Of a stretch of 64,000 nucleotides of DNA, positions 47,949-57,792 are shown piece by piece; position 1 is the first letter of the stretch, and each line of letters starts with the position of its first letter. Under the pieces are notes generated by a model that saw only the letters and a program-made list of their open reading frames with translations, ran no database searches and was not told the DNA's origin. The translations under genes were made by a program, and so were the position numbers. The stretch spans positions 25,868-89,867 of the forward strand of contig CAZJVP010000088.1 of NCBI GenBank assembly GCA_964549615.1. The letters run 5' to 3'. This DNA is from an uncultured Thermococci archaeon. Lineage in GTDB: Archaea; CAYQAE01; CAYVLA01.

Positions 47949-49151
47949 GTGAAGGAACTGGACAATTCGCTTCGGTGGTTCGTGAGGCCCACGTTCAGCA
48001 TGCTTTCCGGGGAGGCGAAACTCTACAACAGGTATGCGACCGGCATGGTGATAGAAGCGGGCCATTTCCTCCTAAGGAGACGTAGCATCTTGCGGAGGTT
48101 TCGCGGCCGAATCTTCGCCGTGGATCCAAGAACGCCCGCTTTTCAGTGCAGACCCGACATGGCAGTCGATCCCCGAACCGACAAGATACGCACCAGCTAC
48201 CTCAAGCTTGCCGCAAGACACGGCGGCCCGATATGGCAGAGATTTTCCCACCTGGAACCGGCCAGGCCCAGCGATATGTGCAAGTCCTCCTGCGAGTCAA
48301 CCGCCATCAGCCTCATTGACCTCCAGAAATCCGCACGCCCATCAGTAATCCTCGCCCCCTACTTCGTCGTCGAGGGGCCGGACGACCCGTGGGTTCAGGT
48401 GAACAGATGCATGTTTGAAGCGGCACGCCGCGCCGAAGACGGAACCGTATACATGCCGCTCGCCTTCCAGAGTTCCCTTCTTGCCGATCTGGGACGCCTA
48501 GATCGCCTTTGCGAAATGTACATGGAGTCATGCGCGCCGGGATACGCCGTCTGGCCGGTCGGCCTCAACGAGATGAACGCCTCGGCAGAAGAGCTCGTCG
48601 GGCTTGCACACGTCTTGGGCAAGCTACCCAGTGGCTCCCTCGCCTTGTACGGAGGCTATTTCACCATGCTGCTGTGCGCCCTGAACCGACAGTCGTTCAG
48701 CAGCGGCCCATGCTTCTATGAGAGGCGAGACATGAAGATAGCGCCTCCGCTGGAGTTCAGACCGAGGTGTCGCTACTATCTTCCTCCGCTCTACCAGAAG
48801 GTCGACCCAGTGTCGGCCGTGGTCTTCTACCGCCTCATCTCCGAGATGGGGCTGGATCCTCGGCTGTGTCCGGCATGTTTGCGGAACGTGACCGATGAAG
48901 ACTTCGACGGGATCGCTGGCATGCCCGAGCTGGACGTGTTCGAGCATAATCTGATCGCGAGAAAGGACGAAATAGAAGCACTGAGAGCTTCCCCTGACCC
49001 GGCACTCAAGGCGGAGGAAGGATTTCGGTGGGCCGTTTCGCATAGATCATCGTTCCCGCACTTCCGATCGCTTAGGTACCTCAAGACGTGGACCATGGCC
49101 CTCGAAAGGATCCGTTCCCTGGCCGGTCGCCCGTCACGCAAGAGATATTAG
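47949..49151 (+). CDS. Uncharacterised TIM-barrel protein (TGT/beta-protein-like)
   Basis: AVDPRT, LAPYF, LYGGYF, FSSG, YYLPPL, CPAC...HN possible Zn site. Confidence 0.55.
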   Translation: MKELDNSLRWFVRPTFSMLSGEAKLYNRYATGMVIEAGHFLLRRRSILRRFRGRIFAVDPRTPAFQCRPDMAVDPRTDKIRTSYLKLAARHGGPIWQRFSHLEPARPSDMCKSSCESTAISLIDLQKSARPSVILAPYFVVEGPDDPWVQVNRCMFEAARRAEDGTVYMPLAFQSSLLADLGRLDRLCEMYMESCAPGYAVWPVGLNEMNASAEELVGLAHVLGKLPSGSLALYGGYFTMLLCALNRQSFSSGPCFYERRDMKIAPPLEFRPRCRYYLPPLYQKVDPVSAVVFYRLISEMGLDPRLCPACLRNVTDEDFDGIAGMPELDVFEHNLIARKDEIEALRASPDPALKAEEGFRWAVSHRSSFPHFRSLRYLKTWTMALERIRSLAGRPSRKRY

Positions 49152-49178
49152 ACTGCCGCCCTCGCACTGAACGATCAG

Positions 49179-50264
49179 ATGCCCCCGATGGTCGTCGTGG
49201 GCACAAGGCCCGAGATCATCAAGATGGCCCCAGTCATCTTGGAGCTCGAGCGCCGGGCGGTACAGTTCGTGCTGGTCCACACCGACCAGCACTATGACGA
49301 GTCCCTCTCCGGCAGCTTCTTCCGTCAACTCCAACTGCCGAAGCCGGACTACCATTTGAACGTGCGATCCGGCACGCAGGCCGAGCAAACGGCCAAGATA
49401 CTGCTGGCCCTCGAACCTTTGATGACCAAGCTTCGCCCCAGTCCAGTGCTCGTTCAGGGGGACACCAACACGGTTCTCGGAACCGGCATCGCCGCGGTCA
49501 AACTTGGGATCGAGGTCGGCCACGTTGAAGCTGGCCTCAGAAGCCGGGACCTCCGCATGCCCGAGGAGCACAACAGGCGGGTGGTGGACCACCTCTCAAG
49601 CCACCTCTTTGCCCCGACGCAGAGAAGCGCCGAGAACCTCAAGAGGGAGGATGTCTGGGGCCGGGTGTATGTGACGGGCAACACCATCATCGACGCTCTG
49701 GACAGGTTCATTGACAGGGCGCTCGAAAGCTCCAAGATCATGGAGCGCATACCTTTCGACCGCTATGCCCTAGTCACGCTGCACCGAGCCGAGAACGTGG
49801 ACGATCCCGAGACGCTGAAGAAGATAGCTCAGATCCTTCGAGACATCATCAAAGTCCCGGTAGTTTTCCCGATACACCCCAGGACCGTCGCAAGGCTGCA
49901 GGCAATGGGGCTTTACCAGATCATCAAGTCCAAGCCGGAGATAATGCTCACCGATCCTCTTCCGTACTTCGATTTCTTGGCCGCTATGGCTCGCTGTGAG
50001 TTCATCCTCACCGACTCAGGAGGCGTCCAGGAAGAGGCCACCCACCCGCGGATCCGGAAGCCCGTCATCGTCGCCAGATTGTCCACCGAGAGGCCCGAGG
50101 CCGTAGATGCTGGTTTTGCCAAGGTCGTTGGGTTCGACATAGAGCGGTTGGCCCAGGCGATCGAGGAGATCGACGCGGCATCGCTCCCCCGAAAATCCCC
50201 CTTCGGGGACGGAAGGGCAGCAACCAGGATAGTGGATGTCGTGCAGGAACGCCAGACCTGCTGA
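49179..50264 (+). CDS. wecB: UDP-N-acetylglucosamine 2-epimerase (non-hydrolysing)
   Basis: GTRPEIIKMAP, VQGDT, HVEAGLRS, PEEHNR, TDSGGVQEEA, PFGDG. Confidence 0.96.
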   Translation: MPPMVVVGTRPEIIKMAPVILELERRAVQFVLVHTDQHYDESLSGSFFRQLQLPKPDYHLNVRSGTQAEQTAKILLALEPLMTKLRPSPVLVQGDTNTVLGTGIAAVKLGIEVGHVEAGLRSRDLRMPEEHNRRVVDHLSSHLFAPTQRSAENLKREDVWGRVYVTGNTIIDALDRFIDRALESSKIMERIPFDRYALVTLHRAENVDDPETLKKIAQILRDIIKVPVVFPIHPRTVARLQAMGLYQIIKSKPEIMLTDPLPYFDFLAAMARCEFILTDSGGVQEEATHPRIRKPVIVARLSTERPEAVDAGFAKVVGFDIERLAQAIEEIDAASLPRKSPFGDGRAATRIVDVVQERQTC

Positions 50265-50356
50265 TAGCCTTCAGAACGCATGGGACGGTTGCGCAAAAGA
50301 TTTTAATCTGCGCGAAACCCCTCTAGGGAGGCCGCGCCCCGAAGGGGTAGAGGAAT

Positions 50357-51094
50357 ATGGGATTTCTTGATTCGTTGAAGTCGCCTGAAGCTCTGGAAAA
50401 AGAAGGGAAGCTCAAGGAAGCCGCACACAAGTACTGGAGAAAGAAGAAGTACGAGGGGGCGGCTAGGTGTTACGAGAGCCTTGGCTGGTTTGACTCAGCC
50501 GCCTGGGCCTGGGAGGAGCTACAGTCCTGGGAGAAGGTCGCTGAGAACAAGGAAAAAGCAGCCAAGGAGGACAGCATGTACTGGAAGGATGCCGCAGAAG
50601 CGTGGGAGAAGGCGAACAGGTTCGACGAGGCCGCGAGGTGCTACGAGCAGTATGCCAAGGAGGAGCCTTGGTACTGGGAGAATGCCGCAGAGAGTTGGAA
50701 GAAGGCCGGGAATATCGAGAGAAGCAAGGCTGCGTGGCTTGAGTCAGCCAAGTACTATGCCAAGGAGGCCGTGGACGACGAAGGGATCTGGTGGGAGGAT
50801 GCGGCCAAGGGCTTCCAGAACGCCGGGCAAACGGAGAACTACGTCAAGTGCATGAAGTACTATCTCCAGTATTGCGTCGAGCAGTCCAAGAAGGAGAAAT
50901 GGTACTACAAGGAAATCGCCGAAGTCCTTACGAAGTTTGGGCACAAGGAAGAAGCGGCAAAGTACATGAAGCTGTACGAAGAATACGAGAAGGAACGCAA
51001 GGAGAGGGCGCTCAAGCGTCTCGAGGAGGAGAGGAAGGCTAGGGAAGCTGGGGCAGCTGCTGGGGCCGCCACCGCTCAGCCCAAGAAGGCCTAG
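50357..51094 (+). CDS. Trp-rich helical-repeat protein (TPR/alpha-SNAP-like)
   Basis: 13-aa repeats [WYF]xxAAxx[WY]ExxG; upstream AAAAGATTTTAAT promoter (~50295-50307). Confidence 0.75.
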   Translation: MGFLDSLKSPEALEKEGKLKEAAHKYWRKKKYEGAARCYESLGWFDSAAWAWEELQSWEKVAENKEKAAKEDSMYWKDAAEAWEKANRFDEAARCYEQYAKEEPWYWENAAESWKKAGNIERSKAAWLESAKYYAKEAVDDEGIWWEDAAKGFQNAGQTENYVKCMKYYLQYCVEQSKKEKWYYKEIAEVLTKFGHKEEAAKYMKLYEEYEKERKERALKRLEEERKAREAGAAAGAATAQPKKA

Positions 51095-51116
51095 GACTCG
51101 GATCTTCGTCCGGCGC

Positions 51117-51128
51117 TTTTCTTCTTTT
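51117..51128 (+). terminator. T-rich archaeal terminator
   Basis: TTTTCTTCTTTT about 22 nt after the stop of 50357-51094. Confidence 0.5.
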
Positions 51129-51180
51129 CGCCAAAGGCCGCGATAAAGTGAAGTATCCTTTCATCTTCGCCTAGTCAACG

Positions 51181-51708
51181 GTGTGTCTAATGCAGCTCCA
51201 TGATCCCGATGGCTTTGAGCTCAACCAAGCACTCCAGGCCTTTGAGAAAGGCAATCTCATGCTACACGAGATATGCAATGACCTGGGCATCCGCCCGGGC
51301 CCCGTATACGACGAGTACGTCAAGAGGCTCAAGGAAAGCAGGGGGCCTCCCAGAACCAGTCTGGTGCGGGTCGATGTGGAGAAGCATGCCGGCTTCGACC
51401 GCATCTACAACGACCTCCCCCTCATGGTCAAGACGATCCTGTCGCTGTACCCCCAGTGCTACATCTACGAGCTAGCCGACTACGAGCCGCTTCCTGACAC
51501 GGAATGGGTGATCTTTCTCGTCCCGAGGCTCGGCTTCGTGAAGCTCTACACCTCCCTATTCTACGACCTCGGCTGCTACGTCGAGGTTGCCTTCCCGGAG
51601 CCCAATCGTGGCCGCAGAGCCAAGGAACTGGCAACCCTACTGGCTAAGCAGCTAAACGAGTTCTACGGCACGAGGATGCAGAAGGCCTCCTCGCTGTCCC
51701 ACGGTTGA
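51181..51708 (+). CDS. Hypothetical protein
   Basis: 175-aa ORF with genome-typical codon usage; no family recognised. Confidence 0.6.
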   Translation: MCLMQLHDPDGFELNQALQAFEKGNLMLHEICNDLGIRPGPVYDEYVKRLKESRGPPRTSLVRVDVEKHAGFDRIYNDLPLMVKTILSLYPQCYIYELADYEPLPDTEWVIFLVPRLGFVKLYTSLFYDLGCYVEVAFPEPNRGRRAKELATLLAKQLNEFYGTRMQKASSLSHG

Positions 51709-51895
51709 CGGATGGGGCCGCCCGGATTTTCATGGCCTCTTCGGCCACTTTGAACCGGAGTCACGAGGTCCCGAACCTCGAAGGATGCCCTCAAAAGGAA
51801 TGGACCAGGCTACCCCACGGCCCCTTTTTTCTGCCCAATGGAACCTTGGCGGTGTATAAATCTTTCGAGATAGGGAAGGGCAAGCCCGTCTGACG

Positions 51896-52759
51896 CTAGA
51901 TGTACATGTTGCTGTCCGGAAGCTCGGGCCCCTCGTCAAAGCTGAACCTTCTGGCCAGCTCGTAGATGGCCCTCTGCTGGGCCTGCTCCCGGGAGGTCTC
52001 ACGGGTCGTCTCCCTACTTATGCTCTCCTCGATCTCCTTGCCGTCGAGATTGAATCCGACGAGCTCGGAGATCTTGAGCATGACATGCCGGACGGCCTGC
52101 GGGTCCATCCGGACGACGAAGTGCTCGGGCATCAGTGCAGTGCCCAGGAAAAAGACGGCAGGAACCTTGCGCCGTATGGCCAGCATCGGCAGAGCCGCTT
52201 GGAATCCCTGGCCTGCATTCAAGATCTTGCCGATCCCTTCGGCCTTCTGGATCTCGTCGATCTTCGGGATCTTGTTTGCCCGCATGAACTCCTCCGCCAC
52301 GGCACAGTTGGGGCGTCCCACAACGTCGGGCATCTTCTCCTTGCTCGGGACCCCGTACCCGCCAACGGACAGAATGATCGGCCTTCTCGAAATCTTCAGA
52401 ATCACGTCAAAGAGAGCCGAACCCGCAAAATGTGCCTCCCATGCCGCAGGCTGCCTCGGACCGAAGGCAAGAAGCATCGGCACACGGCCGCTAGTGGTGA
52501 ACCTGAGCTTCACTCCCGGAGTATCGAAGTAGCCCGTCTCCTCATCCACGATCGGGTCGGACAACATGGTCAGCGAGCAAATCTCGCCCAGATCCCTGTA
52601 GTTCAGTGGCTGCTTCTGAAGGTAATAGCCGGTCATGAACGCGACCAAGCCGATCCCAGTACCCGTGCAGACCACGGCTAGCATCTCGTCGACCTTAGGA
52701 AGGTCCTCCACGACATCGACTATCGCGTAGGGGACTTCCTGCCCGTAAATCCTAGTCAT
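51896..52759 (-). CDS. Proteasome assembly chaperone (PAC2 family) with a C-terminal HbYX motif
   Basis: GIGLVA, ILSVGGY, DPQAVR, ends in MYI. Confidence 0.78.
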   Translation of the reverse strand: MTRIYGQEVPYAIVDVVEDLPKVDEMLAVVCTGTGIGLVAFMTGYYLQKQPLNYRDLGEICSLTMLSDPIVDEETGYFDTPGVKLRFTTSGRVPMLLAFGPRQPAAWEAHFAGSALFDVILKISRRPIILSVGGYGVPSKEKMPDVVGRPNCAVAEEFMRANKIPKIDEIQKAEGIGKILNAGQGFQAALPMLAIRRKVPAVFFLGTALMPEHFVVRMDPQAVRHVMLKISELVGFNLDGKEIEESISRETTRETSREQAQQRAIYELARRFSFDEGPELPDSNMYI

Positions 52760-52934
52760 TACCCAGCCCAGCTACAAACAATTAGGCGACCGGCATATAA
52801 TATGCTTTCGCGGCATCCCTGCGTTGTTCCCAGATCAATAGGCCTACTCCCCAAATGGAATGGCCTAGCATGGAGGTGCGCGGAGGCCGCAAGCCGGTAA
52901 GATATTAGAGCGTTCCGCGGGTGCCTGGAGCCGG

Positions 52935-53768
52935 ATGGAAATGGATCTCCTCATAAGGCAAAAGACGTCCTCCGGTTTTCTACCCATCCTCGACGACCCA
53001 AGCCTATCCAGATTCATCAGGTTCGGCCTCCTCAACCTGCCGCGGGGGGGAACGTACAAAGATGAAACGCGCAATGATGAGGCATGCCTGGTCTTGCTCG
53101 GCGGCCGCTGCAGCATCGCCGCGGATGAGCATAGATGGAATGATATGGAGAGAAGCAGCGTCTTCGACGCCCGGGCCTACTCGGTCTACGTCCCTAGGCA
53201 AAGTTCCTTTGAGGTGAGCACTCAAGACGGCTGCAGTTTGGCCATATGCCGCGCGCCAGCGAAGACGAAGAGGGCGCCCGCCATCATCCCGCCGGAAGAG
53301 GTCAAGGTGAGGAGCGTGGGCAAGTGGAACTGGAGAAGGGAGGTCCGGGACATAATGGGCAACGACTCTGCGATCCCCGACACGCTCATAGTGGGGGAGA
53401 CCATCAACCCCCCGGGCAACTGGTCCAGCGTCCCGCCTCACAAACACGACACCGATAGCCTTCCTCAGGAGTCGAAGCTGGAGGAGGTCTACTTCTACAA
53501 GCTGAAGCCATCCCAGGGATTCGCGCTCCAGAGGCTGTACACTCACGAAAGGGATATCGACCAAGCATACGTGATTAGAGACGGGGACACGCTTGTCATT
53601 CCTAGGGGTTACCACCCGGTGGCAGCCGCGCCGGGCTACTCGCTGTACTACCTCTGGGTTCTTGCCGGCGAGAAAAGGGTGATGAAGCCCAACGATGACC
53701 CGGATCACTCATGGTTGAAGAACTGCGAGCCCATCATCTCCGAACTCCAGGCACCCGCCCCGCGATGA
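52935..53768 (+). CDS. iolB: 5-deoxy-glucuronate isomerase
   Basis: GNWSSVPPHKHD, LEEVYFY, PRGYHPV, YYLWVLAG. Confidence 0.93.
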   Translation: MEMDLLIRQKTSSGFLPILDDPSLSRFIRFGLLNLPRGGTYKDETRNDEACLVLLGGRCSIAADEHRWNDMERSSVFDARAYSVYVPRQSSFEVSTQDGCSLAICRAPAKTKRAPAIIPPEEVKVRSVGKWNWRREVRDIMGNDSAIPDTLIVGETINPPGNWSSVPPHKHDTDSLPQESKLEEVYFYKLKPSQGFALQRLYTHERDIDQAYVIRDGDTLVIPRGYHPVAAAPGYSLYYLWVLAGEKRVMKPNDDPDHSWLKNCEPIISELQAPAPR

Positions 53769-53808
53769 AGCATCTTCATCAGCCCGCGAGCACCGCACCC
53801 CCGGCCCC

Positions 53809-54894
53809 CTAACGAAGCCTGCGAACCGCATCCTCGAAAGCGTCCATGGTCCGAACCACGTCCTGCATAGTCGTCGATCCAAAATGGGCGATTCTGATCA
53901 TCTTTTCCTTGTACTCGTCATGGCCGGTTGCGACGACGACGTCGTGGTCACGGTCCATGATTGCCTGAATCCCGGACGCTGCCAAAGACCGGGGCATCCT
54001 TATCGCGGTCAGCGTGTTCGAGCAGATGCTCTCCGACGCAGGGAAAAGCCTGAATCCGAGCGACGCTGCGCGGCTCCTCACCAAACTCGCCATCTGCCTG
54101 TGCCGTTCGAATCTCTTCTTGAGCCCTTCGGAAAGGATCTCATCTACGGACGCCCTGAGTCCGAACAAAAGCGTCTCCGACTGGGTGAAGGGGGTCTGGC
54201 CCTTCTTCCTGCGGTCGCTGGATCGGTACCTCCTCAGATCCAGGTAAAAGCACCTCGGCTTGGTGCTGTCGAGAACCGACCAGGCCTTGTCGCTGACCGA
54301 TACGATCGCTAGCCCAGGCGGACAGGCCAGCGCCTTCTGCGTGCCGGCCACGCACATGTCGATGCACCATTCATCGGTGGGGACATCGTCTCCACCCATG
54401 GAGGATACCGCATCGACAATGAAGAGCGCCTCCTTGTCCGCAAGGAACCTTCCAATCTCGCCAAGGTCCACCCTAACGCCGGTGGAGGTCTCGTTCTGCA
54501 CCACCACGACAGCCTTCACGCTGCGATCATAGACGGACTGGATCTGTCTCAGGATGGGTGCCTGACCCCAGGGAAGCTGAATGTCAATGACACTCCCGCC
54601 GTAGACCTCAACTATCTGCCTGAAGCGGGCGCTGAACTTCCCGTATGTGGGTACTATCACCCTGTCGCCAGGCGAGATCCATGAGGAGATCACCGCATCC
54701 ATCCCCGCGGTTGAGGAGCCCGAGATGATGTGCAGGTCATTCTTGGTCTGGAAGATCCGTTTCAGGTCATCCCTGAGGTCGAAAAGGAACTCTCCGTACT
54801 CGTCGGTCCTATGCGGCTTCATCTGAGTCCGAAGCGCATTCAAGACGGACGCTGAGAGCATCGTCGGGCCGGGGATCATCAGCAGCTTTTCCAT
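53809..54894 (-). CDS. Class V PLP aminotransferase (serine-pyruvate/alanine-glyoxylate type)
   Basis: LMIPGPT, QNETSTG, VDAVSS, GTQKAL, TPFT, RIAH. Confidence 0.92.
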   Translation of the reverse strand: MEKLLMIPGPTMLSASVLNALRTQMKPHRTDEYGEFLFDLRDDLKRIFQTKNDLHIISGSSTAGMDAVISSWISPGDRVIVPTYGKFSARFRQIVEVYGGSVIDIQLPWGQAPILRQIQSVYDRSVKAVVVVQNETSTGVRVDLGEIGRFLADKEALFIVDAVSSMGGDDVPTDEWCIDMCVAGTQKALACPPGLAIVSVSDKAWSVLDSTKPRCFYLDLRRYRSSDRRKKGQTPFTQSETLLFGLRASVDEILSEGLKKRFERHRQMASLVRSRAASLGFRLFPASESICSNTLTAIRMPRSLAASGIQAIMDRDHDVVVATGHDEYKEKMIRIAHFGSTTMQDVVRTMDAFEDAVRRLR

Positions 54895-54968
54895 GCCAGA
54901 CCGCGCTCTCCCCACCTAAGCACTTCTTTTAAATATTCACGCACAAGTCGCAACGGCGTCGTGCGCGA

Positions 54969-55658
54969 ATGCCCAAGCTAGCGACTCAAACCAGGCTTGA
55001 GACGGCCGCCGTAGTTGCGTCGGCGTACCTCGTCGTGGGCCTACTGCAGACCTCAGCCCTCCTGAAAATGGATCCTGATGCTACCCCCCTGGATGCTTTG
55101 CTTGCCTCCGTGCTCTTCGCGGCCCTGCTTTTTCCGACCACCTACCTTGCGAGCGGAATCGACCCCGAGCGGCTACCCATGCTCTCCCGGGTCCTTCGAG
55201 ATCGGCGATCTATCTTGAAACTTGCGCGTATCCTTCCATATGCGCTTGGTCTGGGCGTCCTCGCATTCGCGGTCAACGTGGCCCTCTCTGGGCTGTTGAG
55301 TCGGGTCTGGATGCCTCCGACCACCCAGGAATACGTTCGGGACCTCTCCATACTCGAAAAGTTCCTGACCGCCCTGTCCTCCGGCATCTGGGAGGAAACT
55401 ATTTTCCGCCTTTTCCTGGTCTCAGCCATCTTCGCAGCCCTGGGCCGAAGGACGATCTCCTACCTCGTGCCAAACCTCATGTTTGCATTGATGCACCTAG
55501 TCTTCCAGAACCCGCCCTATAACCCGCCCGCGCTCCTAGTGGTATTCGCAATCGGCTTGGTCTACACGAAGTCCTACCTTGACAGAGGTCTGGAGACGGC
55601 AATCGTATGCCACGCCACGATGAACTTTCTCACGATGACCGTTGGAATGCTGGCATGA
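54969..55658 (+). CDS. CPBP (CAAX/Abi) intramembrane metalloprotease
   Basis: EETIFR, FALMH, HATMN. Confidence 0.88.
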   Translation: MPKLATQTRLETAAVVASAYLVVGLLQTSALLKMDPDATPLDALLASVLFAALLFPTTYLASGIDPERLPMLSRVLRDRRSILKLARILPYALGLGVLAFAVNVALSGLLSRVWMPPTTQEYVRDLSILEKFLTALSSGIWEETIFRLFLVSAIFAALGRRTISYLVPNLMFALMHLVFQNPPYNPPALLVVFAIGLVYTKSYLDRGLETAIVCHATMNFLTMTVGMLA

Positions 55659-55662
55659 CGGT

Positions 55663-56433
55663 CTATGTCAGGAGTATCAGGGCGTCGAAGAGAGCCGAGC
55701 CAACGGCGTGGGTGACCCAGCTCGGAATAACCGAACCGCAGCGCAGGTTGGCCCAGCCGAAGGCGATGCCTGCCAAGAAGGAGTATGGGACTTCGATGTC
55801 CGGCTTCCCCAGATGCAGAAATGCGTACGGAAGGGTTTGCAGGACGATGGCGCCCCAGAACGATCTCCGGGCGAGTACAAACAGCACGATGCCCCTGTAG
55901 AAGAACTCGCACGCGAACATGAAAACCGAGACGACCGCCTCATTGTAAACGAAAGCCTGCAGCGTGACCCTGCCTGTCCGCCATACGGGATAGTACCGCG
56001 TCATGGAGGGGACTGCAAGACCGACCACCGAAAGGCAGAAAGCAGCAAGCAAGAAGATGGCCGTAATCCGAGCCGTCTTCCTCCGAACCCCGGTAGAAAG
56101 CCCCACGTCGGAGAGACGCAGGCGCCGGCAGGTTAGCCAAAGCAGGCACAAGGGAAAGAAAACGTACAACGACAACTGCTCCAAGACCCCGCCTTGGGGA
56201 ATGCGAAGAGTGATCAGCTGATCGGCCATGGGAACTGCAAACAGAAGCCCGACCGCAAGCATCTCATGGGCATCCCACCTTCGGTAGCCCGCGATCGCGA
56301 CCCCGGCCACGAGCCCCACCAGTAGACAACGGTCCACAAAGTACATGTGCGCAAATCCGGTCTGCCAGAGGTAGATGGCCGCGAAGCATGCAAATCCCGC
56401 TACGACGAGTCGCCGACTCAAACCAACGGACAT
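55663..56433 (-). CDS. CPBP (CAAX/Abi) intramembrane metalloprotease
   Basis: CEFFYRG, YAFLHLGKP, SWVTH. Confidence 0.85.
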   Translation of the reverse strand: MSVGLSRRLVVAGFACFAAIYLWQTGFAHMYFVDRCLLVGLVAGVAIAGYRRWDAHEMLAVGLLFAVPMADQLITLRIPQGGVLEQLSLYVFFPLCLLWLTCRRLRLSDVGLSTGVRRKTARITAIFLLAAFCLSVVGLAVPSMTRYYPVWRTGRVTLQAFVYNEAVVSVFMFACEFFYRGIVLFVLARRSFWGAIVLQTLPYAFLHLGKPDIEVPYSFLAGIAFGWANLRCGSVIPSWVTHAVGSALFDALILLT

Positions 56434-56491
56434 CACGGGGTGGACGGGCCCTGGGCAGAGATATGTCTTCCTGCAGTGCGGCCTCGTTGCT

Positions 56492-56818
56492 CTAGGTCCT
56501 GCTGCCGCAGAAGGGGCAGAACGCGGCCTCCTTGGGCAGCCTGTTCCCACAATTTACACACAGGTCCTCGGTCATCTTTGCCATCCTATACATCTGGGCG
56601 TAGAAGAACAGAAACGCGCTCACGGCGCCCGCAACCATGCCGAACATGACTGAGAGGAAGATGAGCGCAAGGGTTCCCAGAATGCCGGGCTTCACCGCAG
56701 CATAGAGGTAGTATCCGAAGAAGATGCCCGACGCAACGCCCGCGATGAGCCCGGTGATGAGCGGCCTCAGGTAATACCTCCGCTCGATATACCTACGCAT
56801 GTACTGCCCGAAACCCAT
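56492..56818 (-). CDS. Two-TM membrane protein with a C-terminal zinc ribbon
   Basis: Two hydrophobic helices then CVNCG...CPFCG. Confidence 0.75.
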   Translation of the reverse strand: MGFGQYMRRYIERRYYLRPLITGLIAGVASGIFFGYYLYAAVKPGILGTLALIFLSVMFGMVAGAVSAFLFFYAQMYRMAKMTEDLCVNCGNRLPKEAAFCPFCGSRT

Positions 56819-56858
56819 CTCCCCAAACACCCAAGCCACCCCGCGCGCCAAGCCGGCC

Positions 56859-57269
56859 CTACGCCTTTTCCTTGGATTCCTTCGGCTTGGGTTCCTTCTC
56901 TCCTGGGCCCTTTGCCGCCTTGCTGGGCTTCTTAGGCTCCTTGGCCTCCTTCGGCTCCTGCGCCTCGCCCTCGGCTCTCTTTTCCTCCGGGGCACCGAAG
57001 TTCTTCTTGATGACCTTCTTGGCCTCGATGCTCCTCAGCCTGGAGGGATCCTTGTAGACCCTCGCGAAGCCGCGGCTTGTGGGGCTACCGTAGTGGCTGT
57101 ATATCCCCTCTATCACGACCAGCTCAGGTTTGGCGTTCAGCTTGGCACAGAGCACGCGCCGGGCTTCCGCAAGATTCGGCGTGGCCCCTCCTTCGTGGGA
57201 TATCTCGAACCTGATCTCATCCCTCTCCAGAAGGGGGTTGTGCTTCCTCTCGACTATCTCCATATCCAT
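56859..57269 (-). CDS. rps24e: 30S ribosomal protein S24e
   Basis: NPLLERDE, ATP, GFARVY; K/E/P-rich tail. Confidence 0.93.
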   Translation of the reverse strand: MDMEIVERKHNPLLERDEIRFEISHEGGATPNLAEARRVLCAKLNAKPELVVIEGIYSHYGSPTSRGFARVYKDPSRLRSIEAKKVIKKNFGAPEEKRAEGEAQEPKEAKEPKKPSKAAKGPGEKEPKPKESKEKA

Positions 57270-57270
57270 C

Positions 57271-57783
57271 TCAGGGCACCTTCGACCTTTCCAGGATCGA
57301 CCTCGCCACCGCCTTGGTTTCTGCGTTAACCGTCACGGCGACGATCCCGGCATCCGGTTGACCGTAAAGAACCAAGGACCCGACTGGCGCCATATCTATG
57401 GCGGGCAGTCCTAAGAGATCTTCCTCTCCAAGAATCTTGAGCGCGGACTTCCGCTTAGGCCTAATTAATCTTTTCAGGACCTTCAGGGCCTCCTCAGTTA
57501 TCGTGCCGGCAGGATTCTCGACCTCGAATTGATCATATCCGGTGAGCAAGACGGGCGAAAGGCCCTTGAAGCCCGCCCTGCGGCTTCTCTCGTCGAAGAT
57601 GACGATGTCGGGATGCACCCCCCTTGCGAGGAGCGTGACGGAGACCATGTCTCCGACGGCGATGACCAGGCCCGACGATGATTGGGCTCGCTTTACCGCT
57701 TCGTCCTCGCCTATAACCTCGCCTAGGGGACGAGCCAGCGTCCTCCTTATCTCCGGATCGGCGAAGATGTGCCGGGCTGACAA
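57271..57783 (-). CDS. GTP-dependent dephospho-CoA kinase (DUF359)
   Basis: VGDMV, NPAGTIT, GEEDL, YGQP; conserved position after spt4. Confidence 0.9.
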   Translation of the reverse strand: MSARHIFADPEIRRTLARPLGEVIGEDEAVKRAQSSSGLVIAVGDMVSVTLLARGVHPDIVIFDERSRRAGFKGLSPVLLTGYDQFEVENPAGTITEEALKVLKRLIRPKRKSALKILGEEDLLGLPAIDMAPVGSLVLYGQPDAGIVAVTVNAETKAVARSILERSKVP

Positions 57784-57792
57784 GCAATAGCC

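Noticed and set aside
54969-56433. Convergent CPBP protease pair as a bacteriocin-immunity or Abi system
   Set aside because: No precursor peptide or exporter nearby; the two are dissimilar and convergent, so probably independent
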